From Epiperipatus broadwayi (lineage: Eukaryota; Animalia; Onychophora): a stretch of 64,000 nucleotides of DNA. The notes beneath the pieces are model-generated. The model worked only from the letters and a program-made list of their open reading frames with translations. It searched no databases and was not told where the DNA came from. A program made the position numbers and the translations under genes. Location: positions 5,580,001-5,644,000 of the forward strand of contig JAQFVV010000003.1 in the NCBI GenBank assembly GCA_028023455.1. Reading direction: 5' to 3'. Positions 38,179-51,445 of this stretch are shown here, piece by piece (within the stretch, counting starts at the first letter, position 1; each line of letters opens with the position of its first letter).

Positions 38179-38217
38179 AGCTCTGATGAAGACTGCTGAA
38201 CAGTTGAAACTGTCAGG
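38179..38217 (+). ncRNA. Degenerate minimal hammerhead (Penelope pLTR type)
   Basis: CTGATGA A GACTG CTGAA CAGTT GAAA CTG TC, followed by AATAAA; stem I only 2 bp. Confidence 0.5.
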
Positions 38218-40749
38218 AAAATAAAGAAGTTTTATTAAAAAAAAAATTTGCATTAAAGTGTATATAAAAGAAGTTATTATAAGCAATATTTATAAATATA
38301 TGAAGAAATGCAAAGAAAGTAAAGGAGAAGAATAAGAGTATATACTTCTAAATTAAACTAAGAGATCTATGCTAACCATAGCACTACAGTCTATAAGCCA
38401 TAATTAGTCACCCATTATAATAATATACAGAAGAAGTGCTATTAGTTAACCAAAACTATCAAGAAATTGCAACATTTGATTTTATTTCAATAAAACAAAT
38501 GAATATAAACAGAATGTTTAAATGGTCATTTTACTGCAATAAGAAAAAGGCAGGCAAATTCACTAATTTACAACTCCTAGTTCACTGTGATAAAAATGCC
38601 AATATAGGTCAGTGGTATCAAGTTACAAACATAGATGCATCACAATTTCAATACAGATAAGATTAAGATATACCATCATAAATCATGAACATGTACCATA
38701 TGTAAATATAGTGTTTTAGACAAAGCATCTGAAGAAGTCAATTGTTCTCCAGATAAGGTAATATAAATGCTAAAATATAATACATTATAATATGTACATT
38801 ATTTTAAAAAGTTGCTTCAGTGAATAAATACTATAATATGGATGAGCATATACCAAAAATAAAGGTAAATTATAGACTGTGTTTGTAGATATATGACAAG
38901 CTACTCATAAATAGTCATAGCTACAGCGTTTTCAGTCTTTTTTTTTTTTTGGAGAGTCAGCAAATTATCCAGTCAATCCTATCTGAACAACACACTTCAA
39001 TATATATTGACTTAATCAAATCATTTTTATACAGTATTTGAAAGGCCATTAAAAATAAATTCAATCAATTAATAATCATCTCAGCAAATATATCTCAACA
39101 CTCATTTCCTTTTTAAATCGGTTTTCTAAAAATATACATTTTTTTGAAATTCTAAAAAGAAAAAAAACAGTCAAGTTGTTGTTCTGAGTCAAAGTAACAC
39201 CAAAAAAAAAAAAAAATATTGATTTAAAATAAAATAAACTTCAATGTTTTAAAAGAGTTTGAAAGCAAAACAAAAAATATTTTGCATAATTATTAGCATG
39301 TTAAAAAAAACAACATCCATTCTTTGAACTACAAAAAAAAATTGTAAACATTTAATATTTTTCTTACGCAAAGAAAATATCAAATGAAAATTAAAAGTAA
39401 ATAATTATAAAATAGAATAAGAAAAAAAATCTCAAACGATTGAGAGTATTCTAAAAAGAAAAATTTTGATACTTCATCTGAAGGAACTTCTATTATCTAC
39501 ACACACGCATACACACAAATCTTAATAGCTCGATGCTTCTCAGGCCTAACATACAAAGAAGAAAAAAGGAAAATATATTGCTTACCAGATTAATCAATAG
39601 GAGATGGTGAGATTTTTGTAGTTTTTTTTTTCATATAAATAGTTGATTAGATTGGGTTGTTTAGTAAATTAGTCTAAACTTTCTTATAATTTTTGCTATC
39701 TGAAAATGTTTATAAGTTTTACACAGATAAGAACCCTAATTGTGGGAATGATATATGAATATTGTAAACATGCAACATGAGATATTTAACTAATATATAT
39801 ATATATAAGAAAAATACAATAAGCAAAGGCAATTTGATAATAAAACTGCCATAACAATGAATAATAGCTAAACAGCAAAAACAATCTATTACCTTATATA
39901 TTTTGTTAGGACTCGGACATGGAAAGATCTTTCACTAGTAACACAATTGTTGATCAACATGCAACAATCAAACTGGCTGATGTTAAAAGACAACATAAAA
40001 CATTATTAATGATCAAAAATTAATGATTTTCTGGAAAATCAAGAAATTTATAAATCAATACAAAAATATCTCCCTGAGGAAACTACTAGAAAAAAAGTCT
40101 AGACTCATTTGGCATAAACTTAAGTATTCAGTGAATATTAGGTGCATATAAAATCCCTATCATTAAAACCAGTTTCTGGATTTTTCCTTCATCATTGAGG
40201 CCTGAGATTGTTATTACTGAAGAAAATTGTTATATTAGATGCTTCAATATGAATATAGCAAATTAAGGCTAAATTGATTTTACATTGTATTTTCTATCTG
40301 ATATATTCACATTACAATACTTTATAAAAAGCTATAAAAGTTTATGATGTAGCTCTGAATGTTCAGATGCTAAATAACTTTGATTAAAAGAAAAACTTTA
40401 AACATCTATGATTTTATTATAGTGTCGTGTTGTCTAATTATTTTAAACAATTTTCAAATAAAAAATCTGTCAGACTTGCTATGTCTGGACCAAATAGTAG
40501 AAGCATTTGTCTACATTTATATTTTAATTCAGCACAAAATTAAAAAAAACTTACTAAACTTACATTGTTTATTCACAATAAAACTCTAAAATGCAATATG
40601 GAATAAACTCTATAAATCAATGCTTACAGAGGGTATGATAGATTTATAAATGAGTAAAACCAAAAAAATACAAATGATGGCAAAATAAATAATTACATTG
40701 TTCAAACACACATATCAATACTAATGTAGCTACAAAAATAGTCCATAGT

Positions 40750-40829
<80 letters not shown>
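40750..40829. repeat. (TA)n microsatellite
   Basis: Near-perfect TA run; source of the spurious IYIY ORFs. Confidence 0.95.
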
Positions 40830-40834
<5 letters not shown>

Positions 40835-42479
40835 ACAGGCCATTTATAACTGAGTATTTGCTGCTGCAGAAACAGGAATGCCATGATCTGAAGCATATCA
40901 GATTCTCAGACAAATTATCATTTAACATAATTGCAGAATCTCACACTCAAAACAGAAAATTCCAGGATCAATTATCAGCTGAATAATATAATTTTAAAAA
41001 ATCTCTGCTCTAGCAGAATTGAACTATTAAATAGTCTATTTACCATTATAGTGATTAAATGTCAAATAATTATTTCCTAAGTAATATACTACATGATTAC
41101 TAGTAATTACACCATGTCTAACCATGGAAAAATTATCTCTAGTCATTGCAAAACGAAATCTCTAATGACATTTTTCTTATTTTATTTTGTATAGATAAAT
41201 CATAGCTATATAAAATTAAAATATATCTTTACCTTAGTTAGTGAAGAAAATTATGCCCCCAAATGCATCACAAATCAAAATTTGCATTAAAAATTAAGCA
41301 ATGATAATGGGTTCTCATGGGAAAAACATTGATTTGTTATTTATATTCAAAATAGATAAAAATTCAATTAAAAAAATAAAGCTTAAATTGAAAAAAAAGT
41401 GTTAATAAATAAATATTTTATTGTATAAAAACATTTCAATAGCTAAAATTTAAAAAAAAATATATAAAATTTTTTCATTAATGATCCACCAATTTCCTTC
41501 TTACATAAGTAAAGAATATTTTCTTAATCATGATTTGTTAAATTAAAATAAAGCATGAAGAAAAAAAATAACTAACCACAATATACATTTTTAAATACAA
41601 TTTATGTTTTATTATCAGTTTTTTTTTATTTTTTATTTTTTATAATATCTAACCAGTTTTTTTTTTTTGCATTGTTTTTTTTTTTTTTAAAAAAAAAATA
41701 CTTAGCTAATTTATTTATTTTACATAAATTCAGTGAAAATTAGATAACAAAATGTAATATACTATTATGAGTGATGAAGTTTAATAACATAAATGTTTTT
41801 TTTTTCTGATATTATAAAGATATATTTTTGTCTGTGCATAAAAGCCACCATTATCAGAAACAAATTACAAGGTTATTGATTTAAAATTGAGTTAACAAAG
41901 GATATTTTAAACTTGTGTTTAATGACCTTTGATTGTATGAACTTGATTATTAATTGCATAATGCACAAAATCATTTTTTCTATCTTTTTCCTCAAAATAA
42001 TTGACAATTATAATGACTGTACTTTACAACTATAACTAATTTATTTTTTTACTGTAAACAAAATAATATTCAAAAAAATATCAATCAATATTGACTGAGT
42101 ATATATAGTTTAAAACATAATGTTAATACACTTTGTTGTCATGTGATGTACTTATTGTACAAATGAAATTGGCATTTTTTGCTTTTATAGTTATTAAAAA
42201 AATATTTTTTACTTTGGATATATCAAAAATGAAAGCACTGTTTGTTTCACAAAGACACTGGATAAAAAATAGATAAATTGCATTAATATTATTTTTATCC
42301 TATAGTCAAAACACAATATTATCTACTGTATAATGAATAAATTCTATAAAGAACATTATAAATCTCATTATCATTTTATTTTTTCTTAACATAACTTTAA
42401 TGAAATCACTAATCCTCTGACATCATCAATTTTATAAAATGGACATGATTTTGAAAAAAAAATTTAAGAAAAAATTTCC

Positions 42480-42800
42480 AAAATCTTTTTTAAAGATCAT
42501 TGTAGCAAGTGAATCAAAATAGTGGATACTAATTGATGATGATTGATTTAGCAAATCCTCACATAAAGGTCTGACTTTAACTGAGGTAAACTTAAAAAAA
42601 AAAATTTTCAAGCAACATTGGCATCTTTCAAGAAGATAATATTCCAATTCATATAAAATCCACATAGTGAAATATGAGTTCAATGAATATGGGAACAATG
42701 TTGCAAGTTTATCATGACTTGTCTAAACACCTAAATCAAATATTATTGAGAATTCATAAGCTACTTCTAATCAACAAATTAAAACTCAATAAGCTCTGTT
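42480..42800 (+). mobile_element. Decayed Tc1-like DDE transposase C-terminal half
   Basis: GIFQEDNIPIH then, after a frameshift, HIVKYEFNE...SLS*LV*TPKSNIIENS (FQQDNAPxH...WPxxSPDLNxIEN pattern). Confidence 0.65.
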
Positions 42801-42915
42801 GATATTCCTTAGAATTCTTGAGCCTTTTAATACAACTCTAGAGCAGTGATCTAAACTAATATCAAAAATTTTTATGAAACAACAAAATCAATAGCATATA
42901 TATATATATATATAT

Positions 42916-43057
42916 AATAATTCAAACAAATATATTTAACACAGTATTCAAAATTAAATAATATATTCTTTACCAGAAGTACTTTCAATTGTTTCACTGG
43001 TAAAGAATATATTATTTAATTTTGAATACTGTGTTAAATATATTTGTTTGAATTATT
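42916..43057. repeat. Perfect ~61-bp-arm palindrome next to (TA)n
   Basis: Arm 42916-42976 is the reverse complement of 42997-43057; 20-nt spacer. Confidence 0.9.
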
Positions 43058-43208
43058 ATTATATAATTTAAAAATACAGACATTTATTGGTTGTAGTTAT
43101 TTATATATATATATATATACACACAATGCACTTTAATTATATAAATAAAAATATGGTCAAGCATGTCTTTAGTGAAAAATTATAGATTATATATTTTAAA
43201 TGGAAGTA

Positions 43209-43663
43209 TATTTTATATACCTAGATCATTGTAGATATAATATAAGATATTTGACACAGACTTTCAAATTTTGGCCATCCACTATATCTCTTCCAACCAA
43301 TACATATAACCACACACATGTGAAAAAAATTAATGATCTTCAATATACTTATTTCATGCTGAACCAGCACTCATCAGTTGATCCTCATCATCATCTTCCA
43401 CACACATGTATAGTCAGTACTTGGTTTATATTAATATAGCAAATCTTCACATTTTAGTGGACAGGTTTCAATCTAATCTACCCTCCAAACTCTTCAGCCA
43501 TCCACACCAATGAAAATCTTATGACAGAATGCCCAAATTCCTTGTTAATGTCAATATTATTGTCATGGCCATGTTGACATTATCACTCTGACTCCTCACA
43601 TATAGGTCCTTGTTTATTTAAATACACAGAAAAGGAATGGGCAGGATACAGGCTGAATTTGTA
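43209..43663 (-). mobile_element. Family A circularly permuted monomer with ~18-bp TSD
   Basis: ATATTTTAAATG(G/C)AAGTA at 43191-43208 and 43664-43681; the head motif TACAGGCT appears at the right end. Confidence 0.7.
43339..43382 (-). ncRNA. Type I hammerhead ribozyme (family A), core intact with compensatory changes
   Basis: ATCAA CTGATGA GTGCT GGTTC AGCAT GAAA TAAGT ATA TTGAA. Confidence 0.75.
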
Positions 43664-46600
43664 ATATTTTAAATGCAAGTAAGTATATTTACATTATATA
43701 ATAGTAAAAAAAAAAACACATCGTTTTAAAATAAGTGTCAAACAGTATATAAATATAAAAGTACTTATTGAAATTAATTTTCATAAAATATTTAAGCCTA
43801 AAGCTTTTTATAGAAATCGCAAGTATCATGTCTAAATACATTGTTTAGAATTGTGTTTTCGTTTAATAAATTTATCCATTTGCGCTATTAAGATAATAAG
43901 TAATTATTTTTAATATAATACATTTTAACTTGTAATCAAAAGTTTAACAAAAAAAAAATAAAAACAGGTAATTAAAATATTAAAATTATTTATTAATATA
44001 AAAAAATGTATTCCTTTATTTAAGATTTAAAAGATGAGAGTTTAAAATGTTATAATTTACTGTAATTTCAAAAACAGATTTAATCAAATGTAATGAATGA
44101 TTGTGTCATAATATCAAATAATATCACATGACTGATATGCTTAATCATGTTTTATAGAGCCATCTATTGTAAGATTGAATAATCAATACAAACAAACCAT
44201 TAGACAAGTTTTGGCATTTGCTTTCATGAAATCTAATATTGGATATTTCTGTCTGTATTACCATTCTTATAGAAAAGAAAAAAAAAGCTTACAGTCAGAA
44301 TAAAAATCAAGATCTTAAAAATATATAGAAACTTCTCTGGTTCCAGTTCTTGATAATTTTGCAAGTAAATTAGTTTGTATTCAGAACATTGGAACTTTAT
44401 TGAATATCAAATTCTTAGCTTGAAATAATATAGAAAAATAAATGGTGACTACTAGATGCAGAAATGCATTAATTCCAATTATGAATTTAAGTTTTCACTC
44501 ATGAGGGCAAACACACAGAAACTTGTTGAAGATGGGGAATATTACAGCATTATATCATCTAATGTTTACAGAGTATTCAAGCTTATAGTAGATGACACTA
44601 GTGTAGGATGAACAAGTTTGGGGCTATAAACAGGCATGAATATTTCACAGAAAATGCAGTTGCTACTTGTCTGCATTATAAATTTACATGTGCTATAATG
44701 TGTTAAGACTGGTTTAACACTTTAGAAGCAGCTTTTAGTCAACACATTACATCATATTCCATATTTTATTTTTCAAGTTTTTGGGATTGTATTTTTTTAA
44801 TGAATAAATTTTTATTTTTGATTTTATCTTTCCATTTGTTACAAATTTTATTTAAAATATAAATTTCATAAATCAAATTAGTCTAAAAATCAAACAGCAA
44901 CTTTTGCAAATAAAGTAAAGATTAATAAACAGAAATAAATAGTCAAAATAAAAGACTGCTTTAGCCTTAGTTTAATGAATAAAAATTATTTTAAAAATAA
45001 TTAGTGCACTTCATTCATATTATGATAAAGCACAACTTTAAAAAATGAAAACTCTTTTTAAAATGTTAAAATTGAACTTATAATTACAACAAAAAAAAAC
45101 AGAAAATAATAATGGTATTGATACAAGACATTTTCAGTCTGATGTCAGTAAAATTTCAGTTATCTAATATTTCACTAAAAATCTATTTACATTCTGATAA
45201 AACCCAAATGCTAACATCATATATTCATTTAGAAATAAATATTTAATAATTTTACAAATAATAATAATAATAAAAAGAGAAACAATGTGAATAGACTTTT
45301 TTTTAATTGTTTCCAAACTTTCTCTTTATTGTTATCTTTTGTGATCCTAGTAACTTTTGACTTCTAAGTATTTTATTAAAACTAATAAATTATGCAAAGC
45401 TTTTTTAAAACAAAATTCCTACCATAAATCATTCAAAATGAATTGTGACCACCATTAAAAGCATGCATTATAGAGTGCAATAACAACAGTGGCAGACATG
45501 ATGATTAACCATTAATAAGCTTTCATTAGTTCATATTTTTACTAAAAAAATCAAAAAATGAACACAATTTATTTTTATTAAATTCTTCATTTTTCTATTC
45601 AATATATTTCTTAAAAACAGTTTTCAATTAAAAATTTATCTAATTTATTTTTACAATGAAAATAACCAATATACTCATATTTAAATTGTGGGCTACTCAA
45701 ACCATTTTTATGGCTATATTAATTCAATAGTTTCCATGGATTGCATATAAAATAAAACTTTTTTTAAAAAAATAAAAAAAATCTTATAAAAATTTAATTA
45801 ATGCATCCATTTTTATTTCATATCTACAATGCTATGCCCTTACCCATAGGGTTTAACTCAGTGGTAAAATGGCAGAATTAAAAATCTAAATATTCCTGGA
45901 TTGATCCTCGGTTGAGAAAAATGTAAAAAAATAGTTTGTTAATTGGATGAAACTATTGTGTTCAATCTTTATTGATCAATGTGATTGTAACAAAATCTTA
46001 AATCAATGAGATATTTGCTTTTCTCTGTGATTGCATAATTTTTTTTAATTTTTGAACTGATTTTTCCAATTTTCATTATTAATTGAAGCAAGAGATTCAC
46101 TTTGAATAAATTTTAATTAAAATAAAATTTATAAACACAAGGATTGAAAACCATTCTCAATTTTTGTTCAAAAAATGCTAATTTGGATATTTTTCACTAA
46201 CACATAACATGTGTATGAAAGTTATTTTTTTTTTTTACATGTTATGGTATGAATGTGTCTAGATTTGTTGTTGCACAGCAAATCAATAAACTTTATATTT
46301 GGAATTTTGATATCAATATGAATCAGAATAAAATATCTCAAACCCTTTGCAATTTAGTCCCAAAGACATTGCTTATGAAAGTTAGAGGAAAGAGAACTGT
46401 TCCTTAAAATGTGCATGAAATGTAAAATAGTTAAAGTCATATGTTTTTCTCATATATAGGATTCTAGCCAAAGAAATTAGATTAGTAAACTAGACAATTA
46501 CAGGTCATAGATCAAATCTATCGACTGCATAAGTTAGTTACATCCATATGATATTTTTTTAAATTTCAAGCTCTTAGTTTGATAGGATAAAAATGTCAAA

Positions 46601-48829
46601 TGGTGCTGTTGATATGAAAATGCAATTCATCAATGAAAATGCACTATCATCTACTATTAACGAATTACTTAAAATAAATTACTCTAGAGCAAAGCGGTTG
46701 TTGTAAGTTTTAAAAAATAATGACAATTTTTTTTTCTCATTTATTTTGACAGGTAAATCAATCAATCAATTAATATTTTGTAAAGTTTATTAACATATAT
46801 ATTTCTATTGCTTATTTAAACTTTTTATTATTATACATTATTTTTCTTTTAAAAATGGGGTGAGTGGGTTATGGCCTAAGTTGTAAATAAAACTTCAGAA
46901 TTCATGGCTGCTGCAGAGAAAAAGGAAGTGGAAAATTTGTATCAAATAATTTAGATGGTATACTTTTGCTTTATTGAGAGAATATGATTAATAGTGGGTT
47001 TCAACTAGATAAGATATGTAGTCATTAAGAAAAAAAATACTGTTAAATAAATTAAAAGCAGCATTACAAGTTATTAAATAAACAGAGTGCAATATGAATA
47101 TGTGGAAATATTTGTTTCATGAATTATACAAGAAAAACTCATTTTTAATAATCTATTATTCTTTGCGAGTCTTTTGAATTAGAATATCTATTTATAAATG
47201 AATAAATATATATATAGATAAAGACCATTATTCTAAAATCCATGATTACAGGAATTTTTCAGATTTATGATTTTTTTCAGCCTCTAAGAATAGATCTTTT
47301 ACTTTATAACTCAAAATTTGCTATGATAAAAAAATGAGATTCATTCCAATTAGGCTTATTAATTTATAGATATTTACTGAATGCTTTTTTAGCTTTTTTT
47401 TGTAAATGTATGTATAAACTATTTTATTTATTGCTAAAGTTAAGATCATGTTTGAACTTTGTTTATAATACAATTTTTTGAATCACAGGTATTTGGATCT
47501 AGCAATATTCTATCTATATTAAAAGGTTCACTTTTGAATTACTCTATTGGAAGAAGAAAACCTTCTGCAATGATATGTTAAGAAATTTGATACACAAAAT
47601 CTATTGACTTCAAGAATGTCTATAAACAAAAAGGAAGACAGTCTATCAAATATGAGAAAGCATCAGATTTTTGCTATCACTTTTCATAATATGTTCAAAA
47701 TCCTTATACTAAGAAATATACCCATAACAATAATATGTGATTATTTTCACTCTTTTGCCAGAGTCATTTTATAAATGTCAGTACTTATATTCAATTTCCA
47801 TACACATATTATAACATAAATATATATTGTTTATTAACCAAGCTCTTCACATTCTATTTGTTAAAACAGACTTAATTGTGATTTTTTGTTTTCTGTTATA
47901 TAAAAAAAAGAGTTTTATTTTTCAAAATTTTTATTATATAAATATTCGGAAAAAACTGATATATTTTGCTTTTGAATCATTATTTTACAATCAGATGTAA
48001 CTTATTTTGTAAAACGTTCATTTACTAAATGCAAATTTCTCTTCAATAAAGTAATATGTTAGTGGTATTCAAATAAATATATCACACACACATATATATT
48101 TTTAAATTATATTCTCATCTCAGTGCAACTTTCACCTTAAATCAATCATATCGCAATCATTCATCAGCCCAGATATATCTTCAGAAATAATGAATACAAT
48201 ATATTAAAATGTTACAGATAATAAAAAATATTAAATATTTTTATGTTTCCTATAAAATAAAACCTATATATGAAACAAAGATAATGTAAAAATTGCATGT
48301 TTCCCAACTCAAATTATTTATATAAAACAATATATATATATATTTATTTTATCTATTTATACAAATTACATATTGTTTGCTTGAAGGTTTGTGATCATGA
48401 AATTTTAGTTATACTTACATGTTGGACTATTTCCATCATTTAACACCTGAAGAAAAAAGGAGAATAACAGTATTTCCAAACAATGTCTATACTAACCTGA
48501 GCTCTATTACTATCAGTTGAATGTTAAAATTTAAATAAAATGTAAATATTTTTCTCAAGACATTCAATATTTAATATTAAATGCCGAAAAAGTTCAACAT
48601 ATAAGTGCACTCAATTAAATATATTTACATAAAATATCATTCTTCTCGAATTAAGCCCTACTGTGTTTTTATGTAGGAAAAATTGTCATAAATAGTTTTA
48701 TATTTACAACTTTTTTGATTTTAAATATAAAACAAATCACAATAACAAATAATTACATTTCAATAATATATTAATTATACATAATAAAATAATAGTTGCA
48801 TAATACTATGTACCTATATATATATACAT

Positions 48830-50824
48830 TGTAACGATATATAAATATGTCGTTACATTAATTTAAAATAAAAACTTAAAAGTTCGCAAATAAAAGTAAA
48901 AAACTAAATGCTAAAATTAAAATGTTTGTTAAACGTATATACATTCGCACAGATGCCAAACTTTAAAAATATTTTTTTTTTTTTTTATAAAAAAAAGTAC
49001 AAGATTTAAAAATAAAAACAGGTATTAATTAATTCTTGTAATCTGTAAATGGAAATGATTGTTTATAAATTGTTTGAAAAGCAAGCTAGCCTTGGGCTCT
49101 TGTATAATTAAAATGATCTGATGAAAGATAGATAAGAAAATAAAGAGAAATTAGCTTGACCAATGGAAGCACTAAGCCTTGGCTCGGACCCTAATGAAAG
49201 TGATGGATTAGTGACGTTTTGTTGATTGAATCCGTGTGGATAATATAAAAAGGGAAATACAGTTTTTTCTGAGAGTTCCAGTGTTGTGTGTTTGAGAGTT
49301 GTGGTAGGACGCACATACCACACTCTCTATTTAAAAAAGAAAAAGGAAAAGACTGTGATACCTTGAACCAGCTATTGCCATCTCCAGAACATTATCTTCC
49401 AATGGAGGCATCGCGGGAATTAAAAGCAGAAACCTGGACTCTTCTACCGTAAGCTATATTGACATGAACTCTAAATTTAAAAATAATTAAGAACTTTCGT
49501 TCAAGTTTATGAACTTCCATCTGACTTTTTTAAGTTTAAAATCAAATTAATAATGTTTAATTTTATATGTTTTCCGATTGATAAAAATCATTTCCATTTT
49601 TTTTTTCTTATTGTATAAATTGTTTATTGTTTAAATTTTAAATGATGAAATTTAGGTTGGGTATAGACGTTGCATAGATTCGTTAGCGGTTGATTATGTT
49701 GTGGTTTTCACAGTCGATTAGAATATATGTCAACAATATCACTGTGGTGTCTTATGATGAACACCAAAGGGTCTCCTGTATTCCCTCAGCAATTGACATT
49801 ATCGATTGACTTTGTATTTTGATCGGTTGTGTTTAATTTGGAATGTTTTTGACTGTGGAATCTGTGCAGCCGATCTATACTCGACATTATAAAACAAATT
49901 GTATAAAAATAATCTGTGCGAATGTATTTAAATGTTAAATTTAAGTCGGGCGTGAATGGCTATATAGTTTTGTAAAGTTATATTAAGGGAGGGTAATCTT
50001 AGGTTATTCATTTCGTAGTTGAATTGGTTCAATGGATTGGATATATTTGTGTAATTGTAGATGTAGTATGAGATCCGCTACAGGCAGGATTATATACATA
50101 CGCCACACACCTTCTGTTTGCCTATGGATGGGTTTGTAAGACGGCAAAGGACCGCAGTCCATTCCTATGGAGTTTTATGTTTATTGTTCTACTCGCCAAC
50201 AGATGTGACATTCCTGTTGGTGGAGAGACAATGTCTTCTCTAATTCTACTTACTGATCAGATGTACATTCCTGACAGTATAGTATTTTGTGTTGTCGTAT
50301 TTTCATGCTACATTGAATACATAAATGTATCAGATGGATTGGCGCCAGTTTGATTGCGAAATTTGTTGCCTAAGGTTAAATCAGGGAAGAATATTTTCTT
50401 TTCAAATGCAGAGCTATGTAGTCTATTCATACTCGACTACCTAAATAAATATTAAACTCATGGTTGTAATTTACTTAAATGTAAAACTAAAGATTAATAG
50501 AAAAATCTAAAATGTTAAACTTATTCCTCAAATTAGAATGATTTTATATGTGCGTAAATAAATATTTTTATGTGTTAATTTCTGGCAGTGGCTTTTATTC
50601 TTTTATATTTAAGATATATAATTTATATTTTATTATCTCTGCTACTCCACTGAGCTAGTGACTTGGGCTAACAATCTGAATATTTAAATAAAGTGGAATC
50701 TTAACAGCACGTATCTGCCTACTCTATAAATTTTTCTAGGTTTAAATGCCTAGATGGCGCTCTGTAGAGCAGATATCGTAGTTTGCGGTTAGATTCGATC
50801 ATCACTTTCATTTCGATCGTTATA
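48830..50824. mobile_element. ~2-kb LTR-like element (copy B) inserted in (TA)n
   Basis: TGTAACGAT...ATCGTTATA; colinear with 12771-14786; flanks ACAT/ATAT. Confidence 0.75.
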
Positions 50825-51269
50825 ATATATATATATTACCTACTAAATTACTGTATTTATTTTTCTTTAATATACTTTTTAATTCATTTTTTTTTATTTT
50901 TCTATAAAATCGTTTTTAATTCAGTAGGTAAGTTAATTCAGTAGGTAAGTTATTGAATAATTTAGAAACATAGTGATTTCTTATTTCAGTTCGATATTTA
51001 TTACAATATTTTTCAACCATATATGAATCTGTTTTTCTTAGACTCATTGACGTTATTTTATATGAGATTTTTTGAAAGTATTATTAAAAACTTTTTTCAT
51101 TTAATTTTATATTCAAAAAGTTCATTAAAGTGTAAATCATTATTTTTGTAACCACTTTTTTCTTTTTTAAAATAATTTTCTTCTATAAGATTAATTCTTT
51201 TTTTTTTTTTCAAATAATGTTAATCTATTAATATTAGAAAAGCTGGAAAGATCATAAAGTATTATTTCA

Positions 51270-51445
51270 TATCTCAATAAAAATTTGCACAAAAGATTGA
51301 TATGCAACAATAAGAAAAATTAAAAGAAAAATATCTTTGATTTTGTAAAACATTGCTACAAAATATCTAAATTTATCTGTTAGAATGTTAATATAATGTT
51401 TCCAAAACATTTTTCCATCTGTTATCATTCCAAGATATCTAATAT
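51270..51445 (-). mobile_element. Non-LTR RT thumb fragment (CR1/Jockey-like)
   Basis: YIRYLGMITDGKMFWKHYINILTDKFRYFVAMFYKI (KYLG..D..L.W..HI pattern). Confidence 0.5.

Noticed and set aside
40644-40928. ORFs of 94 and 64 aa
   Set aside because: Artefacts of the (TA)n run.
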